Virus record (IMG/VR): IMGVR_UViG_2695420480_000001
DNA: 5,285 nucleotides
Reading direction: 5' to 3' (one strand)
Origin: a virus
Lineage: Duplodnaviria; Heunggongvirae; Uroviricota; Caudoviricetes
This document shows, in pieces, positions 1 to 5,285 of the stretch; position 1 is the first letter of the stretch; the number at the start of each line of letters is the position of its first letter. Both the position numbers and the translations under genes were made by a program. Under the pieces are notes generated by a model. That model was not told where the DNA came from. It worked only from the letters and a program-made list of their open reading frames with translations, and did no database searches.

Positions 1-2431
1 CTGAAACGTATTTTGCCTGGTAACGGGCGTCATCAAGTGCATTATGGCGCTCACCTTCGAATGGAATAGCCGTTCTGGCATCGAAGTCTATGGCTTTCCC
101 CAGCTCAACGATTGTGCGTACATCGCGATCGTTGTAGTAACGCCACGGGCAGGGGATCCCCTGCCGTTCGTATGAACGGCGCAAAATCGTGTTGTCGAAG
201 TTGGCTCCATTTCCCCAGACCTGAACAAAAAATTCACCGGAGTTTTCGTCGATAAATTCCCGCAATTGTAACAGTGCATCATCTAACGGGATTTCATCGG
301 TCATAATGGCAGATTGCGCTTCGCGTGATTGCTTAAGCCACCATTTAATGGTGTCCCGATCAATGACTCCGCCAGCAGTTTCCAGATCGATAGTCTTACT
401 AAATTCCGGTCCCATATCTCCGGTTTGCGGATCGAAAAATATTGCACCTATTGAGATGATCGGGGCATCAGGATTTTTTCCCATGGTTTCAAGGTCGATC
501 ATTAGATGGTCACACGTCCTGCTGGTGGATGTGATTTCTTGATGACCGTTCACCTTAATTGAGTGATCTGCCGTCTCGCCAGTTCCATTATCGCTATCGT
601 GATGCTGATTGCCGCCAGTGTTCTCCTTGTGTGGATGTTCAGCGCCTTCCATTTTCTCCGGATCATCTTCCTGAACTTCAACCTGATACTCTTCATCGAA
701 TGTTTCCTGGTATGTTGCGTCGCCCATCACTGCGCCACAATCAGGGCAGTTGCCGCCGCCGGTCTGACCGCAGGCGGTGCAGACTTTTTCCACTTCCTGT
801 TGCGCCACTGGTTCAGGCTGTTTCGTTTCTGGCTCGTTTTGTAACGCATTTGGGCTGTTTTGTTCCGCTTTTTGGTAGTTCCGTTCCGATTCATGCTGGT
901 TCTGGTTTACAGAATCGCGGGTCTGGATCCCCTTAACCCATTTCGGATCATTCGGGTCGCTAATCCCTGCAACAAATTCTCCGCGAGAGGCAGCAAGCAA
1001 CTTATCGGCGTCAGGCTGGCTGATATTGGCTGCCTGCATAATTTTGTTTACTTCGTCAGCGGTAACTTTTACCGGCTCTGGTTGTGCGGTCGTGTCAGAT
1101 GCACCAGTATTTTGTTGTGAACCTGAGTATGTACTGTTTTTGCGGGCGAAATATTCTTCTTTCGTGATTTCAGTAGCCCCGGCAGCCAGTGCCTTATCCA
1201 GACCAGAAAGTTTGTTTGCGCGACCGTATTTTTCGCCATCCTTGTCGGTGAAGAGGAAGTAGAACGGCCCCTCACGCTCTACAGATGGTTCGACTTCCAC
1301 TTTGCATTCGGTTTTTTCGTTGTCCGGAATTGCCGTTTCCACTGCATCAGTTTCTGGTACTGACGACGAGAGAGTATCAGTTGCGCTCTGATTTGTTCCT
1401 TCATCTTCAAACACGCCCTTTGTAGTCAGGTATTCAGTAATGTATTTGTTCAGTGCCACAGGGTCTTTGTGAATGTCGATCGGACGTTCACGGACAAGGC
1501 CAAAAATAGTCTGGCGGTCGTAGCGAAGGGCATCAGGCTGTTTGCGCATTGATGCCGAGATACGCTTCCAGTCTTCGCGGTCGTTGTCGATAACTTCATT
1601 TTTTGCCCAGCGATGGATGCTGCCGTCAATGTTTCCGGCATCCACATCACCAGGCCAGAGAGCGTAGGCCAGTTCGTCATCCAGTGTTTTCCATGTCTGC
1701 TTGTATTCGCGATGAATGGCAGCAATGACCAGGCTGATTTTTCCTGTTGAATTTTCAGTGTGCTGTTGATTGACTCTGGCGCGGGCGAGATCAACAACAG
1801 ACGTGTATTTTCCGGTTTCCTTGCGTTCACCTTCGCGACGTTTTTTCCAGATGCGCATCTCTGCCTGAATTTCGGGCCATTTGGCACCAGGCTTACATTT
1901 ATGCTTAACCCACCCGATGGCATGCAGCTTAAGCTCCGGATACATGGCGTTAACTTCTGGCATTTTCATCAACGCTTCAACGATATGTCCGTTGAATGTT
2001 GCCATGTCTTCCTGCAACAATTCCTGTGCGCTAATAACCATATCAACGGTGATGTTTTCACATGTGTCGAACTTAACCATGAGAGCGTTCTGTACTTCAG
2101 GGGCCAGCTTGTCAAAAGTGACGTTCATCAGATCGGATTCAGTCTCAACCGGGACAAAAGAAGCAGAATCCTCATCCCAGCGGTTTTCCTGCATATATTC
2201 AGCATCCCATGAATCGAGGGCAGGGCGGGGTATGCCAGGTTTATCCTCGCAGATAATAAATTTATAAGCGCAGTCCTGAGCAGCCGGATAATGTTCCAGG
2301 AATTGCCAGTGAAATTTTGCTCGAGCACGGCGTTCGTCGCCAGCTTCAATAGCTGTGGCTACAGCCACAGCGCCTTCTTCCCTTGTTGCCAGTTCGTCAG
2401 GAATGGCGGCGCAAATAAAGACTTTACTCAT
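1..2431 (-). CDS. Exonuclease VIII-like (RecE/YdfE-family) prophage recombination protein with a C-terminal DnaQ-like DEDDh 3'-5' exonuclease domain; 5' end complete, 3' end beyond window start (about 810 codons present)
   Basis: ATG at 2431-2429 (minus) with GAGG 10 nt upstream (revcomp of 2442-2445) and an in-frame TAA just upstream (2440-2438). The frame stays open to position 1; the track omits it because it is edge-truncated, and the listed minus ORFs (88..282, 1069..1275, 1450..1923, 2128..2349) are all in a different frame. Hand translation starts [20 protein letters not shown]. It contains [25 protein letters not shown] and a Cys cluster [16 protein letters not shown] (about 736-783), both of which I recall from Rac RecE (unverified memory). 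The C-terminal part carries DEDDh motifs: DLET (485-496), NGANFD, and HNALDDA (26-46). Codon usage is E. coli-like. Confidence 0.8.
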   Translation of the reverse strand, partial: MSKVFICAAIPDELATREEGAVAVATAIEAGDERRARAKFHWQFLEHYPAAQDCAYKFIICEDKPGIPRPALDSWDAEYMQENRWDEDSASFVPVETESDLMNVTFDKLAPEVQNALMVKFDTCENITVDMVISAQELLQEDMATFNGHIVEALMKMPEVNAMYPELKLHAIGWVKHKCKPGAKWPEIQAEMRIWKKRREGERKETGKYTSVVDLARARVNQQHTENSTGKISLVIAAIHREYKQTWKTLDDELAYALWPGDVDAGNIDGSIHRWAKNEVIDNDREDWKRISASMRKQPDALRYDRQTIFGLVRERPIDIHKDPVALNKYITEYLTTKGVFEDEGTNQSATDTLSSSVPETDAVETAIPDNEKTECKVEVEPSVEREGPFYFLFTDKDGEKYGRANKLSGLDKALAAGATEITKEEYFARKNSTYSGSQQNTGASDTTAQPEPVKVTADEVNKIMQAANISQPDADKLLAASRGEFVAGISDPNDPKWVKGIQTRDSVNQNQHESERNYQKAEQNSPNALQNEPETKQPEPVAQQEVEKVCTACGQTGGGNCPDCGAVMGDATYQETFDEEYQVEVQEDDPEKMEGAEHPHKENTGGNQHHDSDNGTGETADHSIKVNGHQEITSTSRTCDHLMIDLETMGKNPDAPIISIGAIFFDPQTGDMGPEFSKTIDLETAGGVIDRDTIKWWLKQSREAQSAIMTDEIPLDDALLQLREFIDENSGEFFVQVWGNGANFDNTILRRSYERQGIPCPWRYYNDRDVRTIVELGKAIDFDARTAIPFEGERHNALDDARYQAKYVS

Positions 2432-2524
2432 TTTGTTTTAACCTCATGACAGATTTAAGGATGAACAAATCCCTGCCATTGCTGGCATATAAGAATGAAA
2501 CCGGATATTTATTACGGAACTGTT

Positions 2525-2716
2525 TTAAAGACCTGCCGGGATTTCGATATTATCCTGGTGAATAACTTTATCGACCGGGTAACAGTTACCGGGAATTTTC
2601 TGTTCGGTTGCTGCAGTCATACACTCCTGCATTGTCCTGTGAACACTGACTGCAATATCAACTGGCTCTCCGGAAACAAGAAAAACTGTCAGAACAAGTG
2701 CAAATGCTGTATTCAT
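2525..2716 (-). CDS. ydfD: YdfD-like small lysis/membrane protein (63 aa) with N-terminal hydrophobic helix
   Basis: ATG at 2716-2714 overlaps the TGA stop of the upstream gene (ATGA overlap); AGGA lies 8 nt upstream. 63 codons to TAA at 2527-2525. Product: MNTAFALVLTVFLVSGEPVDIAVSVHRTMQECMTAATEQKIPGNCYPVDKVIHQDNIEIPAGL. Size and position (immediately after dicB, before the exonuclease gene) match ydfD of the Qin prophage as I remember it. The track's longer 81-aa version (start 2770) has no RBS. Confidence 0.6.
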   Translation of the reverse strand: MNTAFALVLTVFLVSGEPVDIAVSVHRTMQECMTAATEQKIPGNCYPVDKVIHQDNIEIPAGL

Positions 2717-2901
2717 TGCCAGCATCCTTTTTGTATCGGACGTAAACGGGCCAGCATTGAAAGAATGCATATTTTATTTAATAACTCCCGTTCGTGTTTT
2801 CTCTTGTTAATGGCATCTTCAGTAAATACAGGGTTACTGATAGTGACACCAATTTCAAAACAACCTTCAGACGTATTAACGTTTGGTAATAACGTTTCCA
2901 T
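2713..2901 (-). CDS. dicB: DicB, prophage-encoded cell-division inhibitor (62 aa)
   Basis: ATG at 2901-2899 with GAGGA 7 nt upstream (revcomp of 2909-2913); 62 codons to TGA at 2715-2713. Product: METLLPNVNTSEGCFEIGVTISNPVFTEDAINKRKHERELLNKICILSMLARLRPIQKGCWQ, which I recognise as DicB (62 aa, N-terminus METLLPNVNTSEGCFEIGV). The track's 97-aa ORF 2713..3006 is the same frame extended to an upstream GTG without an RBS. Confidence 0.85.
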   Translation of the reverse strand: METLLPNVNTSEGCFEIGVTISNPVFTEDAINKRKHERELLNKICILSMLARLRPIQKGCWQ

Positions 2902-2937
2902 TATCGCGTCCTCAACAATGAATTTTGTGATGCGGTG

Positions 2938-2977
2938 CCTGGTGCCTCCAGGTGACGTTAACCAGTTAACAATTAAC
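2938..2977 (-). repeat. Structured element in the dicF-dicB spacer: CCTGG-N5-CCAGG inverted repeat (2938-2952) next to three TTAAC direct repeats (2958-2962, 2966-2970, 2973-2977)
   Basis: Direct reading: cctggtgcctccagg, then gttaaccagttaacaattaac. It lies 40-75 nt upstream of the dicB start codon, in the transcribed spacer. Function unknown (RNA leader structure or protein-binding site). Confidence 0.3.
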
Positions 2978-3070
2978 GCCGGATACAGAGAATCCACCCA
3001 TAACACTGTTTTTGGTTTTAACTGTTCCGCGTGCGCTGAGCCGCATTCACCGCATCACAAAATTCACTTT

Positions 3071-3113
3071 AAAAAGGGCGGCAGAGCAGCCACGGAGTAA
3101 AACTGATACCGCC
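3071..3113 (-). terminator. DicF 3' stem-loop / intrinsic terminator (GGCGG..CAGU / GCUG..CCGCC then U5)
   Basis: On the minus strand, GGCGG (revcomp of 3109-3113) pairs with CCGCC (revcomp of 3077-3081), with an inner CAGU/GCUG helix, followed by UUUUU (revcomp of 3071-3075). dicB lies downstream, so read-through must occur. Confidence 0.5.
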
Positions 3114-3128
3114 AAACGTCACCAGAAA
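3074..3128 (-). ncRNA. dicF: DicF small regulatory RNA (ftsZ-targeting sRNA of the dicB operon)
   Basis: Revcomp of 3071..3128 reads UUUCUGGUGACGUUUGGCGGUAUCAGUUUUACUCCGUGGCUGCUCUGCCGCCCUUUUU. This matches the roughly 53-nt DicF sequence as I remember it, apart from one position (GUGGCUG here, GUGACUG recalled). It ends in a GC-rich interrupted stem plus a U-run, and lies directly upstream of dicB on the same strand as in Qin. The exact ends are not determinable from sequence. Confidence 0.8.
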
Positions 3129-3153
3129 ATTGATAACAGAGGGCGTTGCAGCG

Positions 3154-3190
3154 GGGTTGTCACTTAAGCGTATGGTCAACCTGACAACCC
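3154..3190 (-). repeat. Perfect 9-bp inverted repeat GGGTTGTCA-N19-TGACAACCC, 26-62 nt upstream of the DicF 5' end
   Basis: 3154-3162 gggttgtca and 3182-3190 tgacaaccc are exact reverse complements. In a minus-strand transcript this would form a 9-bp stem with a 19-nt loop just 5' of DicF. Confidence 0.35.
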
Positions 3191-3627
3191 GATGTCCTCA
3201 ACGGGGAAGGAATAACCCCGCCATACTTACCGCCGCGCCATTTCGCGGAGTGCCACAACCGGAAGCGCACGGTCGACGAAAATTTAACGACAGGTTATCT
3301 ATGAACCAGCTACCTCGCCGTGCGCTTTCGCGTTATGGTCTGACTTTTCATGGAAATATCCTTTCAGTAAACTGTCAGTGCCGGATGCTCACCCGTGTCC
3401 GGCGCACGCACTCCACCTCACCCGTGGAGAACTCCTTAATTACCAACCTTAGCTTCGTTGGTTAGCTATTAACGCGGGTAAAAGAGGATGACCCACGTAA
3501 TCAGGTTAATTTTCTTTATGAGCCATCGGAAAGACCATATTGTCATCACGCCTCTGTCCGGGTTGACGAAAAAGAGCGTCAGGTCCGCTGTAAAATCTGC
3601 GGTGCAGTTGTGGAGCCATTTGACTGG

Positions 3628-3786
3628 ATGCTCTCTGTGGCGAAAAGAGAAACCAGACTGGCAGATGATGTAAGGCTCTTGCGCCAGGAGGAACGGGAAA
3701 GGCGGAGAAATATAGAAAAGCTAATTCAGATTGAGCGTAACGCGAAAGCGCGGATACGCAGGGCGGCAAAATCAAGAACTGAATAA
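3628..3786 (+). CDS. Hypothetical small basic/charged helical protein (52 aa from ATG 3628, or 58 aa from GTG 3610); start uncertain, possibly a 5'-truncated remnant
   Basis: The frame is open from 3466 to TAA at 3784-3786. The C-terminal part MLSVAKRETRLADDVRLLRQEERERRRNIEKLIQIERNAKARIRRAAKSRTE looks protein-like (charged, coiled-coil-like). Upstream in the same frame is a Cys/His cluster (PYCHHASV...RCKICG) but no canonical start. The only RBS-like site for ATG 3628 is GGAG 12 nt upstream (weak). It is below the track's length cutoff, and the overlapping track ORF 3488..3673 is in another frame. Confidence 0.3.
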   Translation: MLSVAKRETRLADDVRLLRQEERERRRNIEKLIQIERNAKARIRRAAKSRTE

Positions 3787-3820
3787 TTAAATTTAGCACT
3801 GTTAAAAATTTAATCCTTAA
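3786..3820 (+). promoter_or_regulatory. AT-rich candidate promoter region for the 3866..4311 cassette (weak -35/-10-like hexamers, e.g. tttaat at 3809-3814)
   Basis: An AT-rich stretch (aataattaaatttagcactgttaaaaatttaatcc) sits directly upstream of a strongly RBS-equipped gene. No convincing sigma70 consensus was found, so this is a low-confidence placement. Confidence 0.2.
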
Positions 3821-3865
3821 CCGGAGGGATTTCTGCACCCTCAGAACATCAGGAGGCCGTTCGAA

Positions 3866-4147
3866 ATGGCGGTACTGCGTAATCAGCCTGCGCTGTACGC
3901 GTTTACGTCAGAAATTAATGCGATTAGCGCAACCATTATCGGTCAGCTGGATACGAACTTTAAAACTGGTCGTCGTGCGGCGTTACGTGAGATCGAGGAT
4001 GTGAAACACGATACGCGTGAAGCGGAAGATGTGCTGGATGTGGCGGTGGCCATTGCGGAGGCAGACGGCGAAATTGAGCCGGAAGAGCGCAAGGTGCTGG
4101 AAGAGATTGCCGGTGTTCTGGGTCTTCGTCTGGAGAATTACCTGTGA
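3866..4147 (+). CDS. TerB-like (tellurite-resistance TerB / DjlA-N-type fold) small acidic protein, 93 aa
   Basis: ATG 3866 with AGGAGG at 3851-3856 (9-nt spacer); 93 codons to TGA 4145-4147; strong E. coli codon bias (ctg, gcg, cgt). Product: MAVLRNQPALYAFTSEINAISATIIGQLDTNFKTGRRAALREIEDVKHDTREAEDVLDVAVAIAEADGEIEPEERKVLEEIAGVLGLRLENYL. The C-terminal motif AEADGEIEPEERKVLEEIAGVLGL resembles the TerB-family signature (ADG..E..L..LGL) as I remember it; no search was run. Confidence 0.8.
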   Translation: MAVLRNQPALYAFTSEINAISATIIGQLDTNFKTGRRAALREIEDVKHDTREAEDVLDVAVAIAEADGEIEPEERKVLEEIAGVLGLRLENYL

Positions 4148-4311
4148 CGGTAAAACTGCGCCTGACTGTGGCTGCACTCCTGCTGTTTCTGGTGGTGATG
4201 GTGGATTTCACCAGCAGAATCATGTCGGTGCTGGCGGATGGGGTGCTGGTCTGCGGCATTATGGTATTGCTGTGGCCGGTGATAAAAAGAAACAGCCTGC
4301 ATAATGCTTGA
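4144..4311 (+). CDS. Small two-helix membrane protein (55 aa), translationally coupled to the TerB-like gene
   Basis: GTG 4144-4146 overlaps the upstream TGA (GTGA overlap) with GGAG 8 nt upstream (4132-4135). 55 codons to TGA 4309-4311. Product: MTVKLRLTVAALLLFLVVMVDFTSRIMSVLADGVLVCGIMVLLWPVIKRNSLHNA, with two hydrophobic segments and a basic C-terminus. The alternative ATG start at codon 19 would give 37 aa. The track's 4017..4304 ORF is an off-frame shadow. Confidence 0.6.
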   Translation: MTVKLRLTVAALLLFLVVMVDFTSRIMSVLADGVLVCGIMVLLWPVIKRNSLHNA

Positions 4312-4512
4312 TTTTTTTGTTTGCTGTTTATTAAAAACACTTCTGCATGGTGAATCCCCCTGTGCGGTGGGGCAATCAGCAAGAAGGAATATGGGGTAAT
4401 CGCGGATTCAGGTGCTGATACTGAATTCACCGGGAGGCACCCGGCACCATGCTTTGCCACAAAAGTGTTATTTCTGTTTTTCTCAAACTATCATCGTTAT
4501 CCCTTTATTTTC

Positions 4513-4539
4513 GGCTGCGCATGGCGCGGCCTTTTTTTT
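4513..4539 (+). terminator. Rho-independent terminator (8-bp stem GGCUGCGC/GCGCGGCC with one U-G pair, then T8)
   Basis: ggctgcgc atg gcgcggcc followed by tttttttt (4532-4539). The T-run is only on the plus strand, so it is unidirectional. Confidence 0.65.
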
Positions 4540-4634
4540 ACGACCAGCCACTGGCAGATGGTCATCCTGTGATTTGATTCCGCTTCCGGCTTTTTAACTC
4601 TGTTCCTCTAGCCAGGTAACACAGTGTTATGACA

Positions 4635-4660
4635 GCCCGCCGATTCAGGCGGGCTTTTTT
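4635..4660 (+). terminator. Rho-independent terminator (7-bp GC stem GCCCGCC/GGCGGGC, 6-nt loop, T6)
   Basis: gcccgcc gattca ggcgggc tttttt, ending 11 nt before the stf ATG at 4672. Confidence 0.7.
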
Positions 4661-4671
4661 GTGGGGTGAAT

Positions 4672-5285
4672 ATGGCAGTAAAGATTTCAGGTGTGCTGAA
4701 AGACGGCACAGGAAAACCGGTAGAGAACTGCACCATTCAACTGAAAGCCAGACGGACCAGCAGCACGGTGGTGGTGAACACGGTGGCCTCTGAAAATCCG
4801 GATGAAGCCGGTCGTTACAGCATGGACGTTGAGTACGGTCAGTACAGCGTCATTCTGTTGGTGGAAGGATTCCCGCCGTCACATGCCGGGACCATCACCG
4901 TGTATGAAGATTCTCAACCCGGTACGCTGAATGATTTTCTCGGTGCCATGTCGGAGGATGACGTCCGGCCGGAGGCACTGCGTCGTTTTGAACTGATGGT
5001 GGAAGAAGCGGCGCGTCACGCTGAGGAGGCGAAGAAGAATGCCGGAGAGGCGGAGACGTCCGCGAGGAATGCCGGCATATCAGCCAGTCAGGCGGAAGCG
5101 AGCGCGGCAAATGCTGACACTTCAGCAGGGGAGGCATCGGAGTCAGCCCGGCAGGCGGCAGAAAGTGCAGCCGCTGCAAAGAAGTCAGAGGAAGCGTCCT
5201 CGTCCTCGGCCTCTGAGGCCGCTCAAAAAGCCAGTGAGTCATTACAAAGTGCAGCAGATGCTGAGTTGTCAAAAAAGACGGCAGA
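4672..5285 (+). CDS. stf: Side tail fibre protein Stf, N-terminal part (204 codons; continues beyond window end)
   Basis: ATG 4672; product MAVKISGVLKDGTGKPVENCTIQLKARRTSSTVVVNTVASENPDEAGRYSMDVEYGQYSVILLVEGFPPSHAGTITVYEDSQPGTLNDFL..., which is the conserved N-terminus of lambda/Rac/Qin Stf-family side tail fibres (recognised from memory). It is followed by an Ala/Ser/Glu-rich low-complexity shaft region. No stop occurs before the window end; the antisense track ORF 4895..5272 is a shadow. Confidence 0.9.
   Translation, partial: MAVKISGVLKDGTGKPVENCTIQLKARRTSSTVVVNTVASENPDEAGRYSMDVEYGQYSVILLVEGFPPSHAGTITVYEDSQPGTLNDFLGAMSEDDVRPEALRRFELMVEEAARHAEEAKKNAGEAETSARNAGISASQAEASAANADTSAGEASESARQAAESAAAAKKSEEASSSSASEAAQKASESLQSAADAELSKKTA

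Noticed and set aside
306-2267. Plus-strand track ORFs 306..542, 559..936, 563..844, 860..1120, 1026..1262, 1760..2212, 1881..2267
   Set aside because: All are antisense to the long exonuclease VIII-like gene, with low-complexity or Cys/Arg-rich translations and no RBS.
88-2349. Minus-strand track ORFs 88..282, 1069..1275, 1450..1923, 2128..2349
   Set aside because: All lie in the minus frame offset by one from the exonuclease gene (start 2431), which is open across the whole region; these are off-frame shadows, some starting at TTG/GTG.
2495-3100. 201-aa plus-strand ORF from the track
   Set aside because: Cys/His-rich, unnatural composition, no RBS, and exactly antisense to dicB/ydfD and the DicF terminator; a shadow ORF.
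3130-3465. 111-aa plus-strand ORF starting at TTG
   Set aside because: Arg/Pro-rich with rare Arg codons (cga, agg, cgg) and no RBS; more likely GC-rich non-coding sequence. It is in the same frame as the downstream protein-like ORF, separated only by a TAG, which is noted in the findings.
3568-3574. Possible programmed -1 frameshift at G-AAA-AAG joining the 3488 ORF to the downstream frame
   Set aside because: The heptamer is imperfect (G, not A, at position 1), there is no convincing downstream stimulatory hairpin, and the fused N-terminal part is not protein-like.
3488-3673. 61-aa plus-strand ORF with adjacent GAGG
   Set aside because: The Shine-Dalgarno sequence is directly adjacent to the ATG (no spacer), and the translation has poor codon usage and is less protein-like than the overlapping frame; kept only as an alternative.
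3506-3838. 110-aa minus-strand ORF
   Set aside because: Antisense to the charged helical ORF; Leu/Ser/Phe/Pro-rich shadow translation with no RBS.
4428-4452. tRNA-like 3' end (CCGGG-N5-CCCGG hairpin followed by CACCA)
   Set aside because: The loop is 5 nt rather than a 7-nt T-loop, and no acceptor, D or anticodon arms can be built upstream.
3960-4460. 166-aa minus-strand ORF and 95-aa plus-strand ORF 4017..4304
   Set aside because: Antisense or off-frame relative to the strongly supported TerB-like and membrane-protein genes; Pro/His/Arg-rich garbage translations.
4412-4597. 61-aa plus-strand ORF spanning the first terminator
   Set aside because: Runs straight through a strong intrinsic terminator hairpin and T-run; no RBS.
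4895-5272. 125-aa minus-strand ORF
   Set aside because: Antisense to the Stf coding region; Pro/Leu/Arg-rich shadow.
5020-5285. Ala/Ser/Glu-rich low-complexity repeats in Stf
   Set aside because: Typical of tail-fibre shaft regions; not an independent repeat element or anomaly.
1-5285. CRISPR arrays, IS elements, integrase or att sites
   Set aside because: No spaced direct-repeat array, no terminal inverted repeats with a transposase ORF, and no recombinase gene were found in the window.

Overview
This window looks like a compact, mosaic piece of a lambdoid (Qin/Rac-like) enterobacterial prophage. All calls are from reading the sequence by hand; no searches were run, and family names rest on memory. 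Minus strand: an exonuclease VIII-like (RecE/YdfE-family) gene fills 1..2431 and runs off the window start; upstream of it sit ydfD, dicB and the DicF small RNA, i.e. the distal part of the dicB cell-division-inhibitor operon. The proximal part of that operon (ydfABC/dicA in K-12) is absent; a GC-rich, ORF-free, hairpin-rich segment (3129..3487) takes its place. Plus strand: a doubtful short basic ORF (3628..3786), then a well-supported two-gene cassette (93-aa TerB-like protein plus a translationally coupled 55-aa two-helix membrane protein, 3866..4311), two strong intrinsic terminators, and the N-terminus of a side tail fibre (Stf) from 4672 to the window end. Most ORFs in the six-frame track are antisense or off-frame shadows of these genes. 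The best candidate for an undescribed system is the TerB-like/membrane-protein cassette, which has the hallmarks of a phage moron; the truncated dicF-dicB context and the RecE-like domain architecture are the next most interesting points.
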